Below the pieces are notes generated by a model. That model did no database searches and was not told the origin of the DNA. It was given only the letters and a program-made list of their open reading frames with translations. Source: a virus (lineage: Duplodnaviria > Caudoviricetes). Taken from it: a stretch of 50,106 bases of DNA. The translations under genes and the position numbers were made by a program. This document shows positions 6,072 to 15,700 of the stretch, piece by piece. The DNA is taken from positions 1 through 50,106 of IMG/VR virus record IMGVR_UViG_3300005860_000041, one strand, 5' to 3'. Each line of letters begins with the position of its first letter. Position 1 is the first letter of the stretch.

Positions 6072-7115
6072 TTATGTGCCATTAGGCGATGCTTTCTTCT
6101 TTAGCTCCTCTAAGAATGGGCGGAGCTTCTGTTTATAGAACTCTTGTGCCTTCCAAGGCTTATTTGATGCCACAATCTCCGCCCATTCCCTTCCGAGGCG
6201 CTCCAGCTCTTGGCGCTCCGGATCTGATACTTCTGGTGAGCTATAAATTTTTGTCATCAGCTTTACGACTGCTGCGATTGCTTCATTCTTCTTCGCAACA
6301 TCAGCGAGCTTTCTTTGTAGGAACTGCGGGAATGGTTCTTCTTCAACTGGTGCGTCAAGCACTCCTTCAATCAGTGCAACTGCGTCAGTGCTTGTTACCA
6401 CCGTTGGTGCTTCGTCAACTTCAACTGGGAGTTCTTGTGGTCTCTCTGTTGTTGCTAAGTTTAGCCGTTTTAGCAGTTCTTCTGCTTCTGCCGGGAACAC
6501 TGTGTTGTGTAGTGTTGGGATGCGTGCTCCAACATTGCCTGCTGCGGGCGAGAATGAGACTTGGTAAACTAACCTACCTTCCACAACCTGCACACTAATG
6601 TTACCTATCGCATCGCACTCTGCCAGAACAGCTCGCCCAGTCTTACCCGGCAGGTCCACAGTTGATGCACCAGCTTCCAATCCTGGCTTTACATGGATGA
6701 GGAACACAACGAGCTGGAAGCACTTTCGTAGTGCCCTAATCCAGTCGACGATACTGATACGTGCCAGCGCGAAGCCCTTGCCATACGCCGCCTTCTCAAT
6801 GTCTGTTCCAATTTGTGCTTCGACATAGTTTGACAGCAAATCGTAGGCGGCGTCAAGGGTGTCGATGACAATGCACGGATACTTACCACCAAACTCACTC
6901 GGTATCGCTAACAATTCCTCCCAAGTCTCAGGCTGAATGCCATCGACGTGGAAGGGAAGGAAGTCCGTCCCCTTTTCAATGTCCACAACCAGCCCACCAA
7001 GGGCGCGGGCAACTTTTGCACCAAATGTCGTCTTCCCGCCCTTTGGTGGTCCATAGACGGCGATGGTCGCATGCTTGATTGGCTGTTTCCCGAGCTTCTT
7101 CACTTGCAGGCTCAT
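6072..7115 (-). CDS. Sak4-like/AAA_24 P-loop ATPase (phage recombination protein)
   Basis: Walker A YGPPKGGKTT, DIEKGT, Walker B IVIDTLD, FLIH, DAIG; ends ACA-TAA. Confidence 0.8.
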   Translation of the reverse strand: MSLQVKKLGKQPIKHATIAVYGPPKGGKTTFGAKVARALGGLVVDIEKGTDFLPFHVDGIQPETWEELLAIPSEFGGKYPCIVIDTLDAAYDLLSNYVEAQIGTDIEKAAYGKGFALARISIVDWIRALRKCFQLVVFLIHVKPGLEAGASTVDLPGKTGRAVLAECDAIGNISVQVVEGRLVYQVSFSPAAGNVGARIPTLHNTVFPAEAEELLKRLNLATTERPQELPVEVDEAPTVVTSTDAVALIEGVLDAPVEEEPFPQFLQRKLADVAKKNEAIAAVVKLMTKIYSSPEVSDPERQELERLGREWAEIVASNKPWKAQEFYKQKLRPFLEELKKKASPNGT

Positions 7116-7157
7116 ACACATCACCCCTCCTTGTGATGTAGGTTTGGGCGTTCACCC

Positions 7158-7181
7158 TATATATAATACCTGCTCATAAAA
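7158..7181 (-). promoter_or_regulatory. TTTATR-N5-GTATT promoter-like motif
   Basis: TTTTATGAGCAGGTATTATA upstream of the ATPase RBS. Confidence 0.7.
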
Positions 7182-7195
7182 GATTGGGCACCCGG

Positions 7196-7504
7196 TCACT
7201 CTGTGACTATGACATAGTATGAGCCAGTGTCCTCGTCATAGATTGGCTCTTTTGGTTGCGGTGCAGATGTAACGAGAGTGACAGTCCACTCAATTTCCCA
7301 TACACCGCACTTAGAGCAGTAGTTCTGTGTCTTTTGCACTTGCACGGCAATGATGACTGGCTTGTGCTTTTTCACATACAGTGCAACTTCGTTTAGCAAT
7401 ACCGAAAAAGCTTCATCTTGGTCTTCAACGAACGGCTTGCTCTTAATGCTGAATGTCTTGGTGATGCTAAGTGCCGCACCACGCGTTATCTTATGCGTCT
7501 TCAT
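7196..7504 (-). CDS. Hypothetical protein
   Basis: RBS GGGAGGGTGA before MKTHKI; CSKC motif. Confidence 0.7.
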   Translation of the reverse strand: MKTHKITRGAALSITKTFSIKSKPFVEDQDEAFSVLLNEVALYVKKHKPVIIAVQVQKTQNYCSKCGVWEIEWTVTLVTSAPQPKEPIYDEDTGSYYVIVTE

Positions 7505-7739
7505 TCCCATCACCCTCCCTATTAGGTATCCCAAGGAAATGAATGATGTTTTTAATCGCTTCCTCAAGCCTTGATGTTAATTTACCTTCACAATCTTTAT
7601 AGGCGAAATACAAATCCAATGCCAAAGCTTCCCATTCCATCACCTCTTCTTCGAGTGTTGCGTTTGCACTTGCGAGCGCTTCGAGGTGTTCTTCAAGCTC
7701 TTCAAGGCGCTTTTTAAGTGTGTGCTTCTTTTGCGTCAT
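7491..7739 (-). CDS. Coiled-coil hypothetical protein
   Basis: Heptad pattern LEELEEHLEAL; ATGA overlap with the upstream gene. Confidence 0.75.
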   Translation of the reverse strand: MTQKKHTLKKRLEELEEHLEALASANATLEEEVMEWEALALDLYFAYKDCEGKLTSRLEEAIKNIIHFLGIPNREGDGNEDA

Positions 7740-8821
7740 AGAGCATCACCCTCCTGTTGTAGTTTTTCCAGCCAGCACCGAGCTTCGATTTTACGAAGCT
7801 CAGTGAAGCACTGGTTGCACACTTTTTTGCCCATGTAAGCAATGCATTCTCGGTATGCCATTGGCGGGTTAGGTAGGGCATACCGAGAAAGCTCAAAGAC
7901 GCGACATATTTCAACGACACCACAGCGAGTGCATTGTTCCTTCCTTTGTGGCTCTGTCTTTTCCTCTAAGAGCTGTATCTTCTCACGCACCCTCTTAATT
8001 GTCTCCTTCAATGCCTCTTTGTCAGTCTTAGCCCTCTTTACCTTCTCCGTCCTAATTGCTTTTAGAGATGGCATGTTTTTAATTGCAAGTTTCGCACATG
8101 TTTTCATGACAGTTGTGGGTGTATTACGACAATTAGGTGACACTACATCAAGTGCTTGCTTGATGAAGTAGAAAATCTCTTCAGCATAGAAGCCCTTCTT
8201 TCGTAGCATTCTCCATATACCCCAGCAAATGGAAAATTCTTTGTGTGTCAGCTTTTTCCCTGCAATTTCTACCAACTCCCTGTAAAGAAGCCTCCTCTCG
8301 TCTAAAAGAATAAGACCTTCTTTGCGCGTGCTGTTCGCACGCACTCTGTTAGAGTTAGAACCTTCTTTATCATCTACAGAACTACTTCTATGGAACGGAT
8401 TAAACTTCTTACACAAAATATGTAGTGTCAGGGGGTGAACCCTGAAAAACTTGATGAGCTTTAGAAGGTCTGAGTAGGTCAAGGTCTGTCCTGACACAAG
8501 TGCCTCCGCTACTGCTTCTCCTAATTGGCTCAAAGTAACACCAATGGTGTTAGTCGCTCCATCATAAACATATTGCACCGTCAAATAGGCAAGCCTTGCC
8601 CTGTATCGTGGATTGCGCCCAAGAAGACGACGCACTGTCTCCATATGCAACCCAGTGCGCCTCGCTATCTCCCTAATTGATAAAGGAACACGCAAGTAAC
8701 CACCACCACATTCATATGTGCTTTCCCATAAAACCTTCAGTATCTTGACAACTCGCCCGTCTTTGAGATACCACTCAAGACGACGTGCACACCATTTTGG
8801 AAAATTAATCCACTTGCTCAC
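7736..8821 (-). CDS. HTH protein, putative replication initiator with C-terminal zinc finger
   Basis: LSIREIARRTGLHMETVRRLL HTH, polar central linker, CTRC/CNQC; next to recombination genes. Confidence 0.6.
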   Translation of the reverse strand: MSKWINFPKWCARRLEWYLKDGRVVKILKVLWESTYECGGGYLRVPLSIREIARRTGLHMETVRRLLGRNPRYRARLAYLTVQYVYDGATNTIGVTLSQLGEAVAEALVSGQTLTYSDLLKLIKFFRVHPLTLHILCKKFNPFHRSSSVDDKEGSNSNRVRANSTRKEGLILLDERRLLYRELVEIAGKKLTHKEFSICWGIWRMLRKKGFYAEEIFYFIKQALDVVSPNCRNTPTTVMKTCAKLAIKNMPSLKAIRTEKVKRAKTDKEALKETIKRVREKIQLLEEKTEPQRKEQCTRCGVVEICRVFELSRYALPNPPMAYRECIAYMGKKVCNQCFTELRKIEARCWLEKLQQEGDAL

Positions 8822-9089
8822 TTAACATCACACTCCTTTTACCGTGTTTGTCAAGATAGAATACCATCTTTCTCACACATCTTGGCGACACTACTTGTGA
8901 TAGCTCACGAGCCTTTCGCTTCTTGTCTTTCTTAGTGCAACATTGTATCAGAACAACTTCACTTTCATTAATGGCAACAATGTCAACGGGTGTATGGCTT
9001 CCTGAAGAACGAATAACAAAGTAGCCCTCCCTTTCAAGCAACTCCTTCACTCTATACTCCAGCCTTCGTCCCTTTTGATACCTTGTCAT
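8805..9089 (-). CDS. Hjc-type PD-(D/E)XK Holliday junction resolvase-like protein
   Basis: YQKGRRLE..V..LL...GYFVIRSSGS..PVDIVA......LIQC. Confidence 0.8.
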   Translation of the reverse strand: MTRYQKGRRLEYRVKELLEREGYFVIRSSGSHTPVDIVAINESEVVLIQCCTKKDKKRKARELSQVVSPRCVRKMVFYLDKHGKRSVMLSEQVD

Positions 9090-9507
9090 CGTCCTCACTC
9101 CCCTCATCTATAAGCTTCGTAAGGAAATCTAAACCCCATATGAGCGATGTTGTCCACATTGTTGAAAAACGGAGTATGTTCGTAACTTCATCTTGTGAAG
9201 TGTAAGGCGACAGTCGTTCTTTTGTGACCTTGCCAGCAAGCCTTGTTGCGGCGCATAAAATGTCGTTTATTGATATCAGCTCTATGGGCAGTTGCTTTTC
9301 TTTGGTTGTCTCTTCGATGCTTCGTGCAAGCCAAAACGCTATGTTGTAAATGGCAGCACTTAGCACAAGTATTAAATCGTCAGGGTCACTTAAGTCAAAC
9401 GGAAGCTCTGTGTTTTCGTCAGTCTTTTCCAATACCTTGTTGAGTAAGAACCCGACACGCATGATAATATCACGCGCCTTGGTCGTCTTTCTCTCGTTGT
9501 TGTTCAT
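9052..9507 (-). CDS. Hypothetical protein
   Basis: 151-aa ORF, RBS GAGGTGA, overlaps neighbours. Confidence 0.75.
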   Translation of the reverse strand: MNNNERKTTKARDIIMRVGFLLNKVLEKTDENTELPFDLSDPDDLILVLSAAIYNIAFWLARSIEETTKEKQLPIELISINDILCAATRLAGKVTKERLSPYTSQDEVTNILRFSTMWTTSLIWGLDFLTKLIDEGSEDDDKVSKGTKAGV

Positions 9508-9949
9508 CTTGCATCACCTCTCTTAGTATGTGTTCAATAACTTCTTTATCAAGTAAGCCAATAATTACTTTGGCAAGGTTCTTGGCTTGCTTGTTAGCTT
9601 CCACTTCTTCTTTTGCATTGCAAATGAAATTATACAGTGCTTGCATAACTAACAGCCTCATAGACACTGGTAACCTCTCAAGTGAATAGTAGCGTTGTTG
9701 CCCGTAAGTTGTATGGTAAACATACATGCTTAAGAACACATTTTTGTTCACACCACATAGGCAAAAGTCAATGTGAAGTTCAATATCGGGTGTGACTTGA
9801 ATTGTTATTTGGTAAGTGTCTTTGAGGCGCTTTTCAATTGAAGCGAGGATGCGCTCTTTTATCTCACTGATGCTCTTTACCCATTCATAATCATAGTCTG
9901 GGTAAAGCTTCTTCAGCATTGCATCGTAAACACTCTCAGGTGCGTTCAT
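9470..9949 (-). CDS. Hypothetical protein
   Basis: RBS GGGGGGTGA before MNAPES. Confidence 0.75.
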   Translation of the reverse strand: MNAPESVYDAMLKKLYPDYDYEWVKSISEIKERILASIEKRLKDTYQITIQVTPDIELHIDFCLCGVNKNVFLSMYVYHTTYGQQRYYSLERLPVSMRLLVMQALYNFICNAKEEVEANKQAKNLAKVIIGLLDKEVIEHILREVMQDEQQREKDDQGA

Positions 9950-9965
9950 GATTTCATCACCCCCC

Positions 9966-9990
9966 ATTATTAATACACTCTCATAAAAAA
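9966..9990 (-). promoter_or_regulatory. TTTATR-N5-GTATT promoter-like motif heading the replication/recombination operon
   Basis: TTTTTTATGAGAGTGTATTAATAAT. Confidence 0.7.
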
Positions 9991-10006
9991 TTGGTCGGCA
10001 AGCTGG

Positions 10007-10810
10007 TTAGCTTGCTACATCAATATCAAACTTGAATGTGGTGGCATGCCTTTCTGACACACCAAACAACCACCACTTATTTGACGATAATAAGCCAAGC
10101 GTCATCATCGGATATAAATCGTCCGTCACAAGCGTCCCGTTCAAAAATATGTCTATGCCATTTAACCGCGTGTATCCACAACTGTGAAAATGACCAAAAC
10201 ATGCCACACGCCAATCATCCCTTACACTTTGTGCCCACTTCAGCACTTTTGTGATTATCCCATACCAAGGAACTTGTGCATACATCCTAATATAATGCCC
10301 GTGATAAAGTAATAACCCATGCCCCTTTACCTTATGCACCATCAAAAAATCATCACGCTCATTTATCACAAACCTTGTCTTGGGCAACATAGCCTTCATG
10401 AGCTTGTATGTTGCAATGTCCCAGTTGGCTGCCTCATGTGCCCTTTTGCCAGCACGCCCGTGATTACCTGCTACACCAACAAAGGTAACATTCCTAAAAT
10501 GCCCATGGGCACGCTTTATCTGCGTGGCAATGATGTCAGCTGCAACTTCCGCTTGCAGAAGAACATTCGTGATGGCTTGATGATGTGGTTGCGTGGCGTA
10601 AATCTCTGTGCCATCATTAATATCTCCAAGCGACGCCACCACTAACTCATCAAAGATATAACCACTGCCAAGCAACTCCTTGATGCGCAATATTTTGTCC
10701 ATCCACCGCTCCATCATCTTGCGCGCTCTCTCAATGTTGAACGACAGCGTGAGTTTACCGATGTGCATGTCGCTGATTAATGCAACGAGTGTCTCTTTTG
10801 ACTTCTTCAC
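10007..10810 (-). CDS. Calcineurin-like metallophosphoesterase
   Basis: SDMHIG, GDINDG, GNHG, HGH and GHFH motifs. Confidence 0.9.
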   Translation of the reverse strand: MKKSKETLVALISDMHIGKLTLSFNIERARKMMERWMDKILRIKELLGSGYIFDELVVASLGDINDGTEIYATQPHHQAITNVLLQAEVAADIIATQIKRAHGHFRNVTFVGVAGNHGRAGKRAHEAANWDIATYKLMKAMLPKTRFVINERDDFLMVHKVKGHGLLLYHGHYIRMYAQVPWYGIITKVLKWAQSVRDDWRVACFGHFHSCGYTRLNGIDIFLNGTLVTDDLYPMMTLGLLSSNKWWLFGVSERHATTFKFDIDVAS

Positions 10811-11298
10811 TTGATGCCCTCCTCTCTACACACAACCTTAGCAAACATTTTCCAAAAACGTAAGTAGGGAAAATCAACGGGGTCTTGCTTGCCTGCAATG
10901 CTAATGTCTTTGTGTGCGGTGATTGTGGAAATCGGCGTTGGATTGTTCTTCATGATTTGCCATATGAGCCACGCAAGCGCTTCCAATTGTTTGTCTGGAT
11001 AATCACGCGCACCTTCGTAACTCTCAATCTCAATGCCAATTGAAATGTTGTTCACTTGATTGCATACACCAAGCCTGCTCTTACCCGCATGCCACGCCTT
11101 TCTTGTCGTGGGAACGAGCTTGTAAATTGTCCCATCTCGTGCAACTAAATAATGAGCACTAACTTTACTCTCGGGGTTCGTCAACCACGATAATGCGGAT
11201 TTTGCATTGCCTTCTGTAGTGTGAAGAACTATCACATTCGTAACACTACCAAGTAACCTTTCACTTTGATTTGGTGATGGCTTTTCAATCACTTTCAT
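10807..11298 (-). CDS. N-acetylmuramoyl-L-alanine amidase (Amidase_2) endolysin
   Basis: PSPN, VLHTT, SAHYLV, AWHAG, SIGIE, AHKD..KQDP. Confidence 0.92.
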   Translation of the reverse strand: MKVIEKPSPNQSERLLGSVTNVIVLHTTEGNAKSALSWLTNPESKVSAHYLVARDGTIYKLVPTTRKAWHAGKSRLGVCNQVNNISIGIEIESYEGARDYPDKQLEALAWLIWQIMKNNPTPISTITAHKDISIAGKQDPVDFPYLRFWKMFAKVVCREEGIK

Positions 11299-12742
11299 CA
11301 CTCTCACCCTCTTCATCTCCAAATGTTAACCTGTCCACTTTTATTATGCCACGTGATGTTCGCATTTGTCTAACCCCTTTCAAGTCTTTCTTTGTAGCCT
11401 CTTCGGGCTCCGGTTCTTCACTATACCCTGGTGCTGTAATTATACCACGCGATGCAAGGTTCGGTATGACTTTCTCTGCGCGCTCTGTTGCATCTTCTGC
11501 TCTGTAGTAAATATCACTATCACATTTTATCTTCTGTGCAACCTCAAGTGCTTTATCTCTTGCTTCAGCTATTGTTTCACCAAACGATGCCACTTCGCAA
11601 ATGATTGCATCTGTGCCTGCACAACGAAGCTCACCATTCTTGATGTAAACATCCATCGGAAAGATTTCTACATCCTCAGGTGTGTCTGGAAATTCAACAT
11701 ACACATCTTTGGCAAACACTTCATAGAGCTTCTCAACCTCTTGTGAAACCGCTTCACTACCCTCAAGTGGATACGGCGGTATGGACACTCTAATTGCAAA
11801 CCCATAACCCTTCCTTAAGTTCATCACAACTTCTTCTCCAGCTGCAGCTTTGTAAAGCACCTCACCAAATTCTTGTGTGCGCCCCATCAACATGAGTAAA
11901 CAAAAGATTGCATTGTAACCAAACCTACTACCACACCATTCAAGGAAGAACGGATTGCCACCCCTGTGGCTCACTATTGTGTTTGCATCCCACGCACCAC
12001 TTTCATTCGCAGCTGCAAGCATCGGCGCAATCTTCTTATGCGTCTCTTGAACAAGTAGGTCGTCTGGTCCTGCAGCAAACACAATTGAAGTTTGACAACC
12101 TGTGTTCGGTCCTAAATCACCAGGTGCAAACTTCTTCGTCTCAACTGTGTAGTTGATTGAACCAGGTATTGGCTTGCCATTTGAATACCACACTTCCGTG
12201 CTTATTTCGTGCCCCGGAACAAAGTCTTGCACAATGAATGACTTAGCATCAACCAAGTAACCCGCCTCTTGTTGCCTCATAAGCCATCGTGCTGCAGCCT
12301 CTGGATTTTGTGCCACATATGATGACGCACACGCAACCCTACCTGAAAGCTTAATGACAACCTTCCTGTTATGCTTGATGATGTAATCTACTGCCTCGTT
12401 CACATCTTTAAATACACGCGTGTATGGAACACGAATGCCCGACGCTAATGCCATCGCTAACCCAAAATGCCTATCCTCTTCCGCTCTATCACCAAGCGCT
12501 GTGCCGTTGAAAACCTTCTTCCCAGACTTACGAAGGTCTTCCATCACCTTGGATAAACCAGTCTCATCACTAAAATACACATCAAAGTCGTCAGGCACCT
12601 TGTCAAACTTCGGCACTAAACCATCATACAAATGCTTGCACGACCTTGACATTATGACAGCTGCAATTTGATGCCCCTCGTCCCTTAAGCGCAAAAGTAA
12701 TGGTAATCCTGGACCACTCTTTGTGATGAGACAAAACTTCAT
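11285..12742 (-). CDS. Divergent PurD (phosphoribosylamine-glycine ligase)-like ATP-grasp protein
   Basis: VVIKLSG, IVQDFVPGHEIS, GDLGPNTG, LEW..SRFG and a GARS-C-like tail (GETIAEARDKA..DIYYR); no GxGGREH motif. Confidence 0.8.
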   Translation of the reverse strand: MKFCLITKSGPGLPLLLRLRDEGHQIAAVIMSRSCKHLYDGLVPKFDKVPDDFDVYFSDETGLSKVMEDLRKSGKKVFNGTALGDRAEEDRHFGLAMALASGIRVPYTRVFKDVNEAVDYIIKHNRKVVIKLSGRVACASSYVAQNPEAAARWLMRQQEAGYLVDAKSFIVQDFVPGHEISTEVWYSNGKPIPGSINYTVETKKFAPGDLGPNTGCQTSIVFAAGPDDLLVQETHKKIAPMLAAANESGAWDANTIVSHRGGNPFFLEWCGSRFGYNAIFCLLMLMGRTQEFGEVLYKAAAGEEVVMNLRKGYGFAIRVSIPPYPLEGSEAVSQEVEKLYEVFAKDVYVEFPDTPEDVEIFPMDVYIKNGELRCAGTDAIICEVASFGETIAEARDKALEVAQKIKCDSDIYYRAEDATERAEKVIPNLASRGIITAPGYSEEPEPEEATKKDLKGVRQMRTSRGIIKVDRLTFGDEEGESDESD

Positions 12743-15700
12743 TCTTCTTCACCCCCCAGTCCATACTTTGCTGGGACTGGCTGTATTTGGGCTTCTGCCT
12801 TAGCCTTTTTGAGTATTTCTTTTTCTTCTTCATGGATTTCTTTTAACCTTTCAAGAGCCTTCAAGAGCATATCAAGCGAAACATATGTCTTTTTCTTCTC
12901 ACGAAGTGTTTCAGACTTGCGCGCATATTCTTCAAGTGTAGCAATAAGCGGTGAATTCCTATTCATTTCGCTCACCAAGAACCTACGCACATTGTAAAAG
13001 CGTATTCCAGAAAGTAATATGTCGCGCAAAATTGCAGTCGCTTGCTCTGGTGTAACTTTGTCAGGCTTTGGCATCCTTGAAAGTAATGCCTCACGCTTGA
13101 CTTCATCTGGCGCAGTCATGTGTATGATGTGAGCGTATGTTAGTGCTTCACCAGTAAATGGTGCGCCTCGCAAGACATAGAGGCTCTGTTGAATGCCATG
13201 TAGTGCCTTGCTTATCTTTGACATCGCCTCCATATCCTCTTTCGTGAACTTAGGCATAAGCGCCTGTATCTTTTCAAGTGAGAGTGCGCCTCGTCCTGCA
13301 CTTGCAACTGTCTCTGGTATCATCGGAGTAAGCCCACCACTTAAAACATGTAACACAATAGAAAAGCCCCACAGGTCTTTCATAATCCTGTCGCCAAATT
13401 CAAACGAGAATATTGGGTTGTCGTATATCATCTTGACAACATCTATTAAGCTTTGCGCTTCCTTCGGATAACGCTTCTTCATTTGCTCCCATTCCGCCCC
13501 TACTTCGCCTACTAACCTAACCGCATCATAAGTGTCGTCAAGTAAGCGCACAATAAAGTCAACTGGTGGCAATGGCAAGAAACCACCACCTGTAGTGCCA
13601 CGCCCATACTCCGCAGGAAGCTCACCAAGCATTGCTCGTAATGCTGTCACTCCACCTGCGATATATTCGCCAAGAAGCTCATCCCAAGTTTGCTTAGCAC
13701 CTTCAATTGCTTGTGCTGCATGCTTCATTTGAAGCTCTGCTCTAAACCTTCCAGTTGCCATGTAAGCCCTGTAAGCAGCGTCACCTGCAATCGGTGGCAC
13801 TACATCAATGAAGATAGAACGCACAAATAGCTTCTTCCAATCATCACTGTGCTCTGCAAGTAACCACGCTAATCCTGCAGCTGCTACCATGTCAACCGTG
13901 ATTGAAGTGATAAAGTTGGTCAATGCCCAAAGCCTCTCCTTTGGCGTCAGTTGCCTGTTCAGCGCCTTGCCAAGCGCATCTAACTGCAAGAATGCTTTGT
14001 TTATACCATATGACTGGAAGAATGTCAAAGCACGGTAAAAGTCTCGCATTGGGTCTTGTGCTAATGCTCGTGGCATGCCACCTGAGACAAGTGGAGCTTG
14101 TGTGATAAGTGATGCTATAGAGGCTCGTTCGCGTGCTATTACAGGGTCTACACCTCTGCCAATCCACTTTAGGTATTCGGCAATGTAGATGACAGCGCGT
14201 GGAACTGCATCGCATACTTTGAACATAAAGTCACCAAGAACGAATGGAAGTTCGTTGGTTGTCCTAATTGCCCTTATTGGGTCTTTGGCAAATTCGTGTA
14301 ATCTATCAATTACCCAGCGTGCCTTCTCGTTGTCGTTTAGCCCTTGTGGTGCAAGCCTTAGAAGGTTGTGATACAAGCCAAACAATGCTTCTGCGTCAAT
14401 TTCAGATATCGCAGGTTGTGAGCCTACAAACTTCTTCACTTCTGGGTCGGCAATGAACAACCACGCAGCTTTGGCTAACCGCTCAACCTTGTCAGGTAGT
14501 GGCTCTGTTGGCTCATAAGCGAAATAAGAACCCCACGACATGCTCAAGTTTTTGAGTAGCACCGTCGGTCTGAATGTGATGATGGTCTTACCAGTGAGGG
14601 CAAAGAGCGTATCTATCATCCTTTCCCAAACTCGTGCGCTTCTCCCTGCAAGGTCGTAGTATGGACGGTAGCCAACTTGTTGGAAGGCAACATTTTTAAT
14701 CTCGTCAGCAAGCTGTCTATATTGGTTTGCCAAGTTTATTGCATCTGGCGTCCCTTGTTGCTCAAGCTTAGTTGCACCTTTGTAAAGAGCCTTCATGAGC
14801 CTATCTTGTGAGTATGCGTGTGGCATTTCAAGTGCCATATGAACAATGCCACGCACAGCCCTATAAGCGGTGGTGAATGGGTCTTCCCAACCAAGAACAT
14901 TCTCAATGACACGGCGCGGTATGCCTGCTATTGGCACATGCTTTTGTGAAAGTAGCCTCAAAGCTTCTTCAACTGTTGTTGGCTCAAACTCTCGTTGCGG
15001 TATTATCGTCTTCATGAAGCGTCGTCCTTCAAGCATTGCCCTGTAAATGTCAGCGCTCGGAGAACCCATAGCGCGTGCAATCCATTCCAGCGCACCTGCC
15101 TTCAAAACACCACTAAACGAAGTGTCCCAATGATGCGGTGCCCAAAATGCCAAGTGTGCCATCGGCGGTCGTATGGTTTGGTAGAATGGGTAAGCACGAA
15201 CAACATCGTTGTATAACTTATAAGCCTTGTATGAGCCTACAAGGAAATAAACACTCGCTTTTTGAAACCTCTGTAATTCGTCAGCTGACAACTTAATATC
15301 AATAGGTTGTATAGTGCCAGCACCCATAAACGCATTGTAAGTAAACTGCGCATTCTTGCGCATAATACCCGCAAGTGTCGTATCTGGCACACCTATTTGC
15401 TGTATCAAGACATTGAGCACTTGTCCACGACGCACACCATGTAACCTTGCAAGTAAGTCTACAAGGTCGCTTTGTAAAACATTGTGTGCCGGGTCTTTTG
15501 AGCCAGCTGCCTCAGCTCGCTCAAACCTTAACACTAACTCCCGTATGAGCTTCTCGTTGAGCTGTGCTAAATCGTCAACAGTTAGGCGCCTGCCACTTAG
15601 CGATGCAATGCGCCTGTGAATGTCATCAAAGACATTACGCATGTTCTCATGCCATAATTGCCACCTCACCTTTAATAATGGGTGGGTGAGTTTCATTCCC

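Noticed and set aside
1-6100. Classical integron or diversity-generating retroelement
   Set aside because: No RYYYAAC...GTTRRRY core pairs seen at boundaries, no tyrosine recombinase or reverse transcriptase ORF, and differences between duplicates are not adenine-specific.
8320-8410. Iterons inside the putative replication gene
   Set aside because: Only two weak AGAAC..TTCT echoes; not enough to call an origin.
11285-12742. Bona fide purD auxiliary metabolic gene
   Set aside because: Substrate-binding motifs are altered and no other pur genes are present, so no gene symbol was given.
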